This document shows positions 47,843 to 59,989 of a stretch of DNA of 64,000 nt, piece by piece. The notes beneath the pieces were generated by a model, which worked only from the letters and a program-made list of their open reading frames with translations, was not told the DNA's origin and searched no databases. The DNA comes from Torpedo marmorata (Eukaryota). The stretch covers positions 157,914,001 through 157,978,000 of the forward strand of contig OZ360220.1 of the NCBI GenBank assembly GCA_977017645.1. Reading direction: 5' to 3'. Both the position numbers and the translations under genes were made by a program. The stretch's first letter is position 1. Each line of letters starts with the position of its first letter.

Positions 47843-50800
47843 TGGGTACAAGGTACTATTGGACTGACCCTGTGTAGTGCTGAGAAATCTGAGGAAGTCT
47901 GGGATCTTCCTGGGTCCAACATCCGAAATTGACAGCGAATTCGGGATTTTCCTGTTTCGTGCGACTGGAGAGCTTGCATTTCTTCCCATTCTGAAGCAAA
48001 ACGCCTGTCACCCCCTCCAACGTGGCCAGTTCAATTCAGCCCAATAAACCAGGTGAATATTTGTACAAAGGATAATGCTTTTAGGATTTCTCTATCAGGA
48101 GATAATCAAACAGTGTGAAAATCTATGTGTTAGTCATGTATAAAAAATGCTCAAAACTAAATCTGATTGAAATTAACCAAATGGTTGTAAAGCAAAACTT
48201 GTGGGGTTTCTTGTGTGTGTTGATGTGTTTGTGGATCCACAATGCATTTAATTAGCTGTACAATGACTTGAAATAAATAAATAAAAATAATCTAGAGTTG
48301 CTACCAATGTTAATGATTTATTTACAAACACACTATCAACGTCCTGTGGGGCTGGTGAATAATTTATAAACTATTATTGAACTCTGGTACAAGAGTATCT
48401 TTGCAATAGGAAAATACGACTGTATGGTTGAGTGTAATGTTGGTGAATCCCTCAGGGAATAATCTCCATAGCTCTGCAGATCATTCAGGCAAAAACAATT
48501 TGTTATCTCCTTATCACAGAATGAGTTGAATCCTGTTCTGTTTGTTAGTTACAATAATTTAAGAGATCCAGGCATGTGAAACTCTTTCATTGAAAATCAT
48601 CTCCTGTTAAGAAATATTATTAATGTTTCCTGTTTAGAATCATGAAGTTTTACAACACAGAAACAGGCCCTTTGGCCCATCTTGTCCATGCCATCCAAGT
48701 TGACTACCCAACCTAGAGTCCCATTTACCTGCCAGTTATTTTTAAAGAAAGATTGGGTCAGATTTTACTGTCAAAATATTACTGGTGCTTGAGTTATTTT
48801 TATGCACCGGAAACATCAACTTCAAACAGAGAGTGATCAGGAGATTCAATAGGAATATTCCAAATTTGCCGTCAATTCTGATCACTTTGGAAGAAAACAA
48901 CGGTGTTTCACGGTCACCTTGAGAACTTGAGCAACAATGTGTATCTGTGAAACTCCTTGGGATATAATTGGTACTTTAAAAGTGTGTGGCAAATAAATTA
49001 GCTTGATCAAGTAAACCTGGACTGTTGTGCCAATAACAGCGCACCTACATGCAGTGTTCCACTGATTGCTGAGAGGGGCCTAGTTCTGAGGGAGTGGTAA
49101 CATGGCTGTTTGAAACGTGAAGAGCACCAAGGCCACATGCGATGTAAGAGGGGCAAACAATTGGCTGAAATAAGCCCTGCCCCCTTCAGAAAAACTGTTG
49201 GTAAATCCTGCCTTCAGCTTAGCAGGCTGTCGAAGATCTCATGGATACTCAATGTCTCTGAACGCATTCGGTGATAGCAATGTTTAGTAAATAAAGATGA
49301 AGTAAATGGTTACATTGTAAAAATTGTCTTAATATTTAAAATAACTGAAAATATTACTGAAAGCACAAAATGTAATGCATTATTTTTCCCTCTCAGTTGA
49401 ACAATTCCCTTTCATGTAAATGAATGGTGAACCCTGGAGCAGAATTCACAGTGTGAACTCCCTGATATCCCAGCCAGCTCCTGCCACATGGTCAGGTGTG
49501 ACAGTACATCCCCCTGGAAGGACACAGGCCAAAATCGCCAGCCGGGGACTTCCTTGTCTCTCGGTGAATGTTCCCATCAGCTGTCTCCATTCTCCGCAAG
49601 GACTGGAAGAATAACCCAGCAACATAGCTGATCCATTGAAAGCTAGCATTGCTCTTTCGTCTTGACCAACTTGGATTGAAGGCGGGGTCAGTGTGAAAAT
49701 TAAGTAGATGTTGGAACTGTGAAATTGTAGCAAAGAGAAAAGATCGGAATAGCTGGGGTTGTTTTCTTTGGAACAGAGAAGGAAACCAAGGTGTGTAAAA
49801 TTACGATGGGCCTTGACCAGAAAATGGAAAGGATCTGAATCCCTTAGCAGAGGGTCAAAAATGAAGGACTGAAGTGGTTGATGGAAGGATTAGAGATCAG
49901 AAAGTTGTATACCCAGAAGGTGGTGGGAGTCTAGATTGCTGCATCTAATAGTACTGGCATGCCCAGAGTGGAAGGTGGGAATATGCTGGTGAGCTCTGGC
50001 ATGGATAAGATGGATAGTGGCCTCCTTAGCTATGATTCTAAGCAAGAACATTGTCTCATGGAGGTTCATTGCAAAGCATGGAAAACTGAGGGGAAGCTTT
50101 AACCTTCTCGCTGGTCATGGGACTTTTCTGCCACTCCCCAGGAACTTGCCCCAGAGCAGGCTGGGAGATGAGGGGTGGGGGCACGGGTAAAATTCCAACC
50201 CTCATTGGTGCAGCAACAAGCCAACATCCTTCTGACTCTGCCCCCTATGCTGTAAACACTCCGTAGGAGCCAAAGTCCATTCGGCTCCTCATGGCTGCTC
50301 CACCATTCTGTAAAATCAGGGACGACCTTTCACCTGAGCACTGTTTTCCTGCAATAAACACATAACCCCTGGTCTAAAGTTAGAAATAAATCATGTGATC
50401 AAAGAGCTCCACTAAATCCTCCCACTCTGCTGCCATTGAACCTGGCTTGGGGTAGGTTTCTGTGAGAAACATTCTACATTTGTCATTTTAATCCAGTACA
50501 GTAATCTTCATTGTTGTCAATTCAGCCATCACTGATAACAAATAGAGGATATTTACTAACAAAATTGAAATGCTAACATTTCTTGTGGTAATTTAAACAC
50601 ATTAAAAATGCACCCGTTTGCTGTTTTGTTCACAGTTGAGATGTTTGCAATGAATTTGAGTCAATGATTACCTTACACCTTTAATGCCAATTAGCAGAAT
50701 TGGACACTTGTTTTAATACAGCCAGGCCAATATTCTACGTTGAGAATGCTTCAATTGAGGGCTTCAAATCTAGTCTGAATCCTATCAAACTCCAACCTTT

Positions 50801-52519
50801 CCAGTACATCACTCTTGTTAATGGCATTCTCTGCAGAATAACCTCTAATGTCCTTTCCAATGTCAACGTGTCCTCATTAATTCATGTGTGTTTTGGTCAT
50901 CAGATGACCTGGTCTCCCTGTTTGATGTGAATATTTAAAGATTTGCATGGAGAACACAATTGAAATGTCAGGGGTACAAATCTTCCCAGTGTGTTTATTG
51001 ATGTTCTACTTTCAAACTGTTGCCTTCACTGTAACCACTTTGTAACCAATGGGGAGCATAAGTTTGGGGATGTGTTGGGATTTTAATACTCGACCAGGAA
51101 TTATTCCAGATATTAAACAGGAATTAGGTCCCAATCCCACCAGGACTCACACAACCTGCCCCCACTAACACCTTGACTTGCCCCCAAATAACCAATCCCC
51201 TGAGCACCTGACAAGTAGGGACAGGGTTGTCAATCTGAGTATAACTGACCCCAGCCTTCCAACCAGTGCCCTCCCCATCATCCCAAGATGGTAAAAGGAG
51301 ACTCAAGAGGCTAAAGGTACTGATATCTGGATTAAAAAATAAACTCAGCAGGTCCAACAGGGTCTTGACCTGAAATGTCAATTATCAACCTGCCTCCACA
51401 GAGGCTGTTTGACCCACTGAGTTCTCCAGCAGTTTACTTCCACCCATCCCTCTTCAGATTACTAAGACTGATCCTTCAACAAGCTGATCTTTGAAACAAG
51501 CTGATGTTTCAAGTCGGAATCTTCAGGTTGGGTGCAGAGAGGCAAGTGGAATTGTTGGAGGTGATGCAGGCAGCAGTGAGGTTGATGATCTCAGGTGGTG
51601 AGAACAATTGCCCTGCAGTCTGCAAACTTATCCTGATCAGTGAATACACCACACTGGCTCAAAACATTGCTCACATGCCTGACACACAGTCTGTGAGACA
51701 CCTCTTCCTGAGCCAACAATCTGGGGATGATTTTCTCCCAATCATTCAGCATAATTTTCTTTCAACAACATCTTCCCCTGCCCCCCTTAAGAAGTGGGAT
51801 ATTTACCATGATTGGAAACATACATTCAGCTTGATTGGAAATATGGATCAAAAGTTTAATTGGGAGACAAATGATGATAGGTCCCAAGCAGAAATATGTA
51901 TATTCTTTTTATGACTAATTAAATATCATCCTTGAAAATTGTAGAATTTACATTAACTCTAAATGTAATTTTATGGAGACGGGATAGACATTAGTTTTCC
52001 CAGGAGAACTCCAAGGATGAGAAAGGTTAGAGGAGAGAGGTGAGGAGAGACATCATGGAAATGTGGTGTTGGAGGAGGTGCCTCAACTTGTTGTGGGCAG
52101 GAAGGAGAACCAAGCCTTCGGTCTTGAAGCTGAATTGTTCTCTCGAGGTTCCCGTGATTAGGCAGAAACTGCCATATTTAGGGAAGTGACATGGGCTGGC
52201 AGAGGGAGAGATGGTCAGGCAGATAGAGCAGAGTGAGACAGTGAAGAGATGGGTGATTTCCTGCAACAGCACTGGGGCACAGCTGCTGATGCATCATCTT
52301 GGAAGAAGTTGGTTCAGCAGCCACCAGAAGTTGACTCCAACCTGTCTGGCTGAACATTGAAGCAGTGTTGCCCCACACTGTATTCCTTGTTTTTTCTTGT
52401 CTTAGATTCAACGTCAAGAGCTCCAGAATATTGGTTCCCTACCTGACACTAAAGTTGAAATTGACACAATTGAGTTTGAGTGCCAGAACTCTTGTCTTCT
52501 CCAAACTGAGCAACAAGAA

Positions 52520-52710
52520 AAACACAAAAACTGCAGATGCTGGAATCTAGAGTGAACAAGGAGAAGCTTATGGGACTCAGTGGGTCAGGCAGCATCTGGG
52601 GAGAGAAATGCCTTGAGAAAGAGTCCTGACCCGAAACATTGACTGACTATTTCTCTCCATGGATGCTCCTGACCTGCTGAGTCCCTCCAGCTTCTCCTGT
52701 TCACTCTACT
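52520..52710. mobile_element. Penelope-derived inverted pair
   Basis: agagtgaacaaggagaagct ... agcttctcctgttcactct arms around a degenerate core. Confidence 0.75.
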
Positions 52711-53246
52711 GAACAATGACTGTTGTATAAGATTATCCAGCTCTCGTGTTCAGGCTAATTCCATTATTTAGGAATGATGTTGAAAATCTGTTTGCCATTT
52801 ATGACTCAAGTGTTACACCATGGAGATTCAACTTTAACAATGTGGAACCAAAAATCTTGCAGAACCGTAACTGCTGTGAAAATAACCAACCAGAGAATGT
52901 AAAAATGACACAGCTAGAATGCTGATGACGTCAGACGGAATTAGTGAAATCTATGCCACATGACAATCAATGACAGAGGAGCTGGAGTTATTTTGAAAGT
53001 TCTTGGAACTTTATAAGAGCATCCTCAAAAGAACTTGTTTACAATTACGTCATGGATGGCATTTTTAAGCACGTTGAATCTGAACATTTTCCTGATTAAT
53101 CCATTTCCAAACATGGTCAACTTCAATCATTAAAAACTGAGCCACACTCGATTTAGCTATAACTGGGCTGAATTACTCTGTCCACAGCGCAGCCGTGGAC
53201 AGTCTACAACTGCCATTGCCCTGTTTCCCAAAGATGATCCACGTCT

Positions 53247-53363
53247 CTACTCTTGCTCCATCTTTCTCCTCAGGACGCACACCAGGATTATGATGATTCC
53301 TCCAACTGCACCCACACAGCCAGCAATAACCAGAGTATCTTTTCTCTGCAAAGTTCCTCTCTG
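53247..53363 (-). CDS. Candidate alternative CRB2 terminal exon: (Q)RGTLQRKDTLVIAGCVGAVGGIIIILVCVLRRKMEQE*
   Basis: Branch-like cttaat, CAGCAG acceptor, phase 0 like the canonical exon, 21-aa hydrophobic stretch followed by RRK and TAG. No transcript evidence. Confidence 0.55.
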   Translation of the reverse strand, partial: QRGTLQRKDTLVIAGCVGAVGGIIIILVCVLRRKMEQE

Positions 53364-54305
53364 CTGTGGAACAGTTGCCATTAAGTGGTCGTGAGAAATG
53401 TACAGTTCATTGTCCTTGTTCTACAATGTTTATCTGGGCTCCTGCGATGAATCCCTCAGCCTGAGGTTATCTGCCAGTATTTTTTTCCATCCAACAACAG
53501 TTTGTAAATAGAATGGGCAAGAATACAGTCTGTCAGTAACAACTGTTGGTGCAACAACATAAGTGCTTTCAAGCTGGGTACAGACTTGTTCACAGTGAAC
53601 ACGCCTTTAATTAGACGTTGAAACAGAAGACAATGATCCCATGACTTCTACCGTTTGCATCACCTAATGTTAACGTTGAAGCTCTCCCGGTAAGACATAT
53701 AAATAGTTCCCTCTGTTAACACGTGGCACAGATTTGTTTCACTCTATAATCAACAAGTTTCAAAGCGACAAAGACTTTTCTATTAAAAAGTGGTTCAATT
53801 AAGAATCAAATTACAGTAAAAGTTTAAATAAATGAAAACAACACATCCTCCATTAAGTTCAATCAGATCACGGGACAGCCTGAAAAGCTTTGTTGGGGAA
53901 GTCCCACCTGTTGATGAAGGGTTGGGGTAACTGGAGCCCCAGGGCAATGGGCTTTGAGGTGGGAATGATCTCTGCAGAGGTGAGACTGTGCTGTACAATT
54001 CATTATATGTACAGGGATGCTCAAATCAATCTTTGACTTCATACACCATTCAATGAGCAGCACAGTGTGAACTTCCTCACTCAATGTGTTTTTAGCTGCA
54101 GTTGCTGTGAGAATAATGCAGTGCCAACATAAATCGGGATGCATCAACCTCTTGGTGAAGCAGATGTCTGGAATGGGAGGATTATTTTCAGCAGAATCAG
54201 CAGACGAAGGCAAGCATTGCAGCTGGGGAAATGCCCGTTGTGTTGTCGGATACGAGGCCACTCAAAACAAGAGCATCCCATCACCTTATGAGTTCAATGG
54301 ACCAA

Positions 54306-54527
54306 TTATATCAAGCGCTCTTCGGGTGGGACTTTAAGGACACTGTCCATCTCCAGCCGGGCCCCGGCCACTTCCTGTTGGCTTGGGTTGTATGTCCCTT
54401 CTGTCTGACGCTTCTTACGTGCAGTAAGGACCACAAAAATAAGAGCGATTACAATCAGCAGCACACTCCCACACACCACAGGCACAGCCACTGCCAGGAC
54501 TGGGATAGAGTCCGCCTTCTTCCCTCT
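54306..54527 (-). CDS. CRB2: CRB2 (Crumbs 2) last coding exon: TM helix and cytoplasmic tail
   Basis: Acceptor tcctattatcttcacag. Tail [37 protein letters not shown] is nearly identical to human CRB2 (FERM-binding GTY and PDZ-binding ERLI) and unlike CRB1. No upstream exon found within the window. Confidence 0.96.
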   Translation of the reverse strand, partial: RGKKADSIPVLAVAVPVVCGSVLLIVIALIFVVLTARKKRQTEGTYNPSQQEVAGARLEMDSVLKVPPEERLI

Positions 54528-54803
54528 CTGTGAAGATAATAGGAGACAGTAAGTGGGGTGTACACTGCTTCCGATCCTGCTAACAGCATGGCTCAACGAA
54601 CCCTCTCCACCCCTATAGGAATCAAGTGGGAAAAGACAGGTATGAGGTGCGGAGACCAGAAGTAAAAATGCGACAACAAAGACTGGACAGAAAACAAGTT
54701 CAAACAGGGCATTGTCAGTAAAACAAGACCTATCATGGGAACATGGTCATTAATAATGTGGTTTGAGCTCTACTCAAGATAAACAGTTGCACAGAATTAC
54801 CAA

Positions 54804-54992
54804 GTAAAGGTAAAGGTTCTATTATTGTCACTTAATACATTTAGAATGTAACACATGAAATTCTTTAATTTTTGTCTACCATAAGGCAGACAGAGAGTCA
54901 CTACTTTGTCCAGTGCCCCTCACAGAAACCTACAGCACCTGGTGTTCCTAGGCGGTCTCCCCTCCAAGTACTGACCAGTCCTGTGCCTGCTT
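54804..54992 (-). mobile_element. 5S rRNA-derived SINE (SINE3-type), 5'-truncated
   Basis: 54926-54992 on - reads aagcaggcacaggactggtcagtacttggaggggagaccgcctaggaacaccaggtgctgtaggttt, the 3' half of 5S rRNA including box C. It is followed by a unique body and a (CCTTTA)2 tail. Confidence 0.85.
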
Positions 54993-55324
54993 GTACTTCT
55001 GTGAAACCCGTGTATTTTTCTTGCTCTAACTGCAACTGTGAATATTTATCTATCTATAATTTTACATTCATTATTTCTTTTTCTGTTTTGGAATATTGAG
55101 GTCATTTCTTACATCCTTGTGTTCCTGCAGCAAGTAAAACGTTTGGTGCATCTGTACATTGTACTTATGTATATGACAATAAACTGTCATCTCCTTCAAA
55201 GACAAATAATTATTTTCATGATATGTCTGTAATGTGTCTGAGCAATCTACTAATGCATAGATTGCCAAGCTTGTGTGGTCTTTGGCAGTCAATGGGAAGG
55301 TGTGCTGAACATCTGGACTCTCAG

Positions 55325-55570
55325 GTAAACAAGAAAGTCTGCAGATGCTGTGTCTAGTGCAGTACACAGAAGTGCTGGAGAAACTCAGCAGGTCCTGCAG
55401 CATCCATAGGAAGTTAAAGGCAGTCAACGTTTCAGGCCTGAGCCCTTCATCAGGAATGCTAAAATCCACTACCCTCCCACCTTTACTTCTTTCATGTTAG
55501 CCATGTTCCTCCCCTTCCTCCTGCTTCCTCTTCCCCTCAACCCCCCCCCCTCCGCATTTTTATTCAGCAT
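55325..55570 (-). mobile_element. Penelope-derived short repeat with hammerhead-like motif (55426-55453)
   Basis: Minus strand CUGAUGAA-GGGC(ucag)GCCU-GAAA-CGUU, sense to CRB2 pre-mRNA. Confidence 0.75.
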
Positions 55571-56529
55571 GGACGAGGTGGGCTGAAGGGACACTCCACG
55601 ATAAACTGAACCAGGCATGCTCAGTGCACTGGTCATGGGGACATCCTTGGAACATCCCCGACTCCTTGGAAGGATTGGTCATGATATCATCAGACTTTTA
55701 CCAAGCATGAAAAACTGAAGCGTTCAATCCAAAGGATCAGGAACCAATGATTGAGGAGAAAACTTGATGACTGTCTAAGAATATTAAAGTATAACACTTT
55801 GATTCAGATACTTTCTGCTCTGTGGATCCGGAAGTCACAGCTTTTCAATGTTGTCGATGAAGCTGCATGTGATATATGAGAGAAGTGTGGCTCACTTCTC
55901 CCCTGCTGAATCTTACAAGAGAAGCCCTGAGATTCTAAGACACTAAATCCACTCACCTGGCCACTTTACATGGTGCTGCAAACACTTTCAAATGCCATTC
56001 ATAAATAGGAGTATTACTGGGGAGTATGTAACTCAGTGAAAGGGTCATAGTTAAGGTTATCGCGCTTTCCTGCTGATAGACAAATTGGAGATCCTGCTCT
56101 ACTCCTGTGGAGTAAGTGCTCAACAAGAAGACCATGTCAGCACTCCTCAAGTGCAACAAAAAATGTCCACACAGAACTAATTTCCCCAAGGCAAAACTTG
56201 CTGCATCTTATTACTTTTTTTAAAGTGGTTTTGATGTTTAGATTGTTGATGTGTTCTTGCCTACTGATCCTGAAATAGGAACTTTTTTTACCCGAATTAT
56301 TATGGGTGATCAGCAGTAACTGTAAAGCATAGTGCAGATGAATACCCTAATAATATGCAAAATAAAATAAAATGCAATATGTTGTGGCATTAATCCATCT
56401 ACTGAGTGTCAGAAGAATGAGGTTTTTATTCTGTAACAGTTGAATTTTGGTCTCGGTCTTAGTTGGGAATTGTTAACTTACATAATTCTGTGTGATTTTT
56501 CTTTTTACTAACATAAACATGGGAACAGT

Positions 56530-56764
56530 TGATGAGCCCATCAATAACTTCAAAAGACTAGAAGTTACACAAGAACTGAAAGGCTTTTATTGGCAAAAGA
56601 ATGGAGCTACATTCGTGCTGGTGATCTGTCCCGGACTGGGGGAGGAGCGGTGGCACAATGGCCTTTATTCAGGGGGTCTGTGGGAGGAGCCACCGGGACA
56701 GTCAGCAGAGGGCATGTCCAGACATATCACCCAGCCCACACCCAATACATAGTGGTTTACCACA
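56530..56764 (-). repeat. 3' LTR (235 bp)
   Basis: Direct repeat of 60723-60956; 5 substitutions and 1 indel by eye. Confidence 0.97.
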
Positions 56765-56848
56765 TTCACCCCCTCCTTTTTAAAAGAGTCCAGCGGGGTG
56801 AAGGGTGCAACAATATTTACAAATAATTAAAATTACAAATCGAGTTGA

Positions 56849-59660
56849 TCAGGCGGTCGAGTCCGCCGCTGTGATCGGCGCAGTACTTGTGGTGATGGGG
56901 CAGGTGGCGGTGCTGCCTCCTGCCTGATTTGGGGTACCAGCACGTCTGGCGTTCGCAAAACCTCGGGTGAACACGTTTGGTGTCATGTTTGAATTGGGTG
57001 GTGCCTCTTGTGTGTCCTTAATGGTAGGTACGGGGGTAACAGTAACTACGGAGTGTTCGAGGGCGGCAACGGCGGGTCCCAGTGCTCCTGCGGGCGCCAG
57101 GTCCCGGATGGAGACCGTGTCTTCCCGCCCATCAGGAAAAACCACGTAGGCGTACTGGGGGTTCGCGAGTAATAATTGGACCCTCTCGACCATCGGGGCG
57201 TATTTATTGCTCCTGACATGTTTCTGGAGCAGCACTGGCCCTGAGGACGTCAGCCATGCTGGTAGGGTAGTCCCGGTGGTCGACTTCCTGGGGAAGGAAA
57301 AGAGTCTCTCATGAGGTGCAGCATTGGTGGATGTGCATAGCAGGGATCGGATGGAGTGGAGTGCCTCGGGAAGGACTTCTTGCCAGCGGGAGACTGGTAA
57401 TCCCTTAGACCTGAGGGCTAAGAGTGTGGCCTTCCAGACCATGGCGTTCTCCCTCTCCACTTGTCCATTACCCCGTGGGTTATAGCTCGTGGTCCTGCTA
57501 GTCGCGATACCCTTGGCCAGCAGGTATTGTCGCAGCTCGTCACTCATAAACGAGGACCCTCGGTCGCTATGGATATAGCAGGGGTATCCAAACAACGTGA
57601 AGAGTTTGCGGAGGGCTTTTATGACTGAGGTGGTAGTGGTATCGGGGCAGGGAATGGCGAAAGGGAACCGCGAGTACTCATCAATGACGTTGAGGAAGTA
57701 CATATTGTTGTTGGTGGAGGGAAGGGGGCCCTTAAAGTCGACGCTTAGTCACTCAAATGGGCGGGTTGCTTTTATCAACTGTGCCTTGTCAGGACAGTAG
57801 AAGTGCGGTTTGCACTCTGCGCAGACTTGGCAGCTGCCGGTCATCGTCCTGACCTCCTCCAGGGAGTACGGCAGGTTACGGGCTTTCACAAAGTGAGAAT
57901 GCCTGGTGACTCCGGGGTGGCAGAAGTCACAGTGGAGGGCATATAACCGGTCGATCTGTGCGCTAGCGCACGTCCCCCGGGATAAAGCATCAGAGGGCTC
58001 ATTGAGCTTCCCAGGCCGGTACATTATATCATAGTTGTAGGTGGAGAGTTCGATTCTCCACCTCAGGATTTTATCATTTTTGATTTTACCCCGCTGCTGG
58101 TTGCTGAACATGAATGCGACTGAGCGTTGGTCAGTCAGCAGGGTAAACCTTTTGCCGGCGAGATAGTGCCTCCAGTGCCGGATAGCTTCCACTATGGCTT
58201 GGACCTCTTTCTCCACCGCTGAGTGCCGAATTTCTGGGCCTTGAAGGGTACGGGAGAAGAACGCCACCGGTCTTCCCGCCTGGTTGAGGGTAGCAGCCAG
58301 TGCAAAGTTGGATGCGTCAGTCTCTACTTGAAAGGGAGTGGACTCGTCCACCGCGTGCATTGCTGCTCTGGCAATGTCCCCTTTTATGAGGCAGAAAGCC
58401 TCACGTGCCTCCGCTGCAAGGGGAAAAGTGGTGGACTTGACTAGGGGGCGGGCCTTGTCCGCATAATTAGGAACCCATTGAGCATAGTAAGAAAAGAAGC
58501 CCAAGCACCTTTTGAGGGCTCTGAGGGTGTGGGGAAGCGGTAGTTCCAACAGGGGGCACATGCGTTCAGGGTCGGGGCCGATGACCCCATTCTCCACAAC
58601 ACACCCCAGGATAGCGAGCCGGGTGGTTCCGAACACGCACTTATCCTTGTTATAGGTGAGGTTAAGTGCTTAGGCCGCCTGGAGGAACTTCCGAAGATTG
58701 TTATCGTGGACCTGCCGGTCGTGACCGCAGATAGTGATGTTATCTAGGTATGGAAAAGTGGCCTTTAATTTGCATTGGTCCACCATCTTGTCCATCTCCC
58801 TCTGGAAGACGGTTACCCCATTTGTGTCCCCAAAGGGGACGCGCAGAAAATGATAGAATCTGCCGTCCACCTCGAAGGCGGTGTAGGGGCAGTCCTCCTG
58901 GCGAATGGGGAGCTGGTGGTAGGCAGATTTGAGGTCTATGGTGGAGAATAGCTTATATTGGGCTATCTGGTTCACCATATCTGCGATGCGTGGTAGAGGG
59001 TATGCGTCAAGCTGTGTGAACCTATTGACGGTCTGGCTATAATCTACCACCATCCTGCTTTTCTCCCTGTTCTTGATGACCACCACCTGGGCCCTCCAGG
59101 GACTCGTGCTCGCCTCGATGATCCCTTCCCCAAGTAATCGCTGCACCTCTGACTTAATGAATGCCCTGTCCCCTGTGCTGTATCTCCTGCTTTTGGTTGC
59201 CACGGGTTTACAATCATGGGTCAGATTGGCGAACAGTGTTGGGGGCGGGATCTTGAGTGTGGATAGACCGCAAGTAGTGTGGTGTGACGAATATTTCTGC
59301 CGTTTTTAAGAAATTGGTGATTACTGACAGTAATTGGTGGGAGGGGCCCGTCATACTCCATAGTCACACTTTGGAGGTGACTCTGGAAGTCGAGGCCCAG
59401 TAGTACAGGTGCACACAGTCGGGGCATGACCAATAGCGTGAAGTCCCGGTTTTCAGTGACCTGCACCACTAGCGTCGCTACACAACCCCCCCGGATGTCT
59501 GTTGTGTGCAACCCTCTGGCTTACCGGCTGTGTCTTGAGGCTGCATCGCTGTACTGTGTCAGGGTGGATGAAGCTCTCTGTGCTGCCTGTGTCGAACAGG
59601 CAGTTTGTTCTGTGTCCCTCGACCAGGATGTCCATCATCGACCTCGCGAGTTGGTGGGGT
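56849..59660 (-). pseudogene. Gypsy pol (protease, RT, RNase H, integrase) with stops and frameshifts
   Basis: LFDTGS; SPW..RMVVDY..DAYPLP..IDLKSAYHQ..PFG..YLDN; VETDAS..PVAFFSRTL..TDQ; HPG..CQVC, VIDEYSRF, IHSDRGSSF, PRGNGQVER. Confidence 0.95.
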
Positions 59661-59989
59661 GCACTCTGATCGAGTGTAACTGACTCCAACGTTGAGTCGC
59701 TGTCTTGATCCGACGTGATGGAGTGCCCGCTGTCCCGGGATGGCGGCACCCTGTGTCGGCGCGATGGCGTGGAACAAAATGGCCGCTCCCATGATTCGCA
59801 CGTGTTGGCCGCAAGTAAGTAAGATGGCGGCGACGGAAGTGACGACACGCAAGATGGCAGCCCCCATACCTCGCACGTGTTGGCCGCGGGTAAGTAAGAT
59901 GACGGCAACAGAAGTGATGACACACAAGATGGCCGCCCCCAAGCCTCACACGCGGCGCTGCTCAATCCCGCTCGCGGTTTAGATCTACA

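Noticed and set aside
51504-51914. 136-aa ORF between the genes
   Set aside because: No domain, splice or compositional support.
54528-54596. N-terminal part of the 96-aa CRB2 ORF
   Set aside because: Intron sequence upstream of the splice acceptor. The same applies to the first codons of the 36553 and 34697 ORFs.
54926-54992. Functional 5S rRNA gene
   Set aside because: The 5' half is missing, there are several substitutions, and it is fused to a SINE-like body and tail.
55953-56189. Possible upstream CRB2 exon (cag|gtgagt donor on - near 55956)
   Set aside because: No EGF-like cysteine pattern seen in the upstream sequence; the true penultimate exon probably lies beyond the window.
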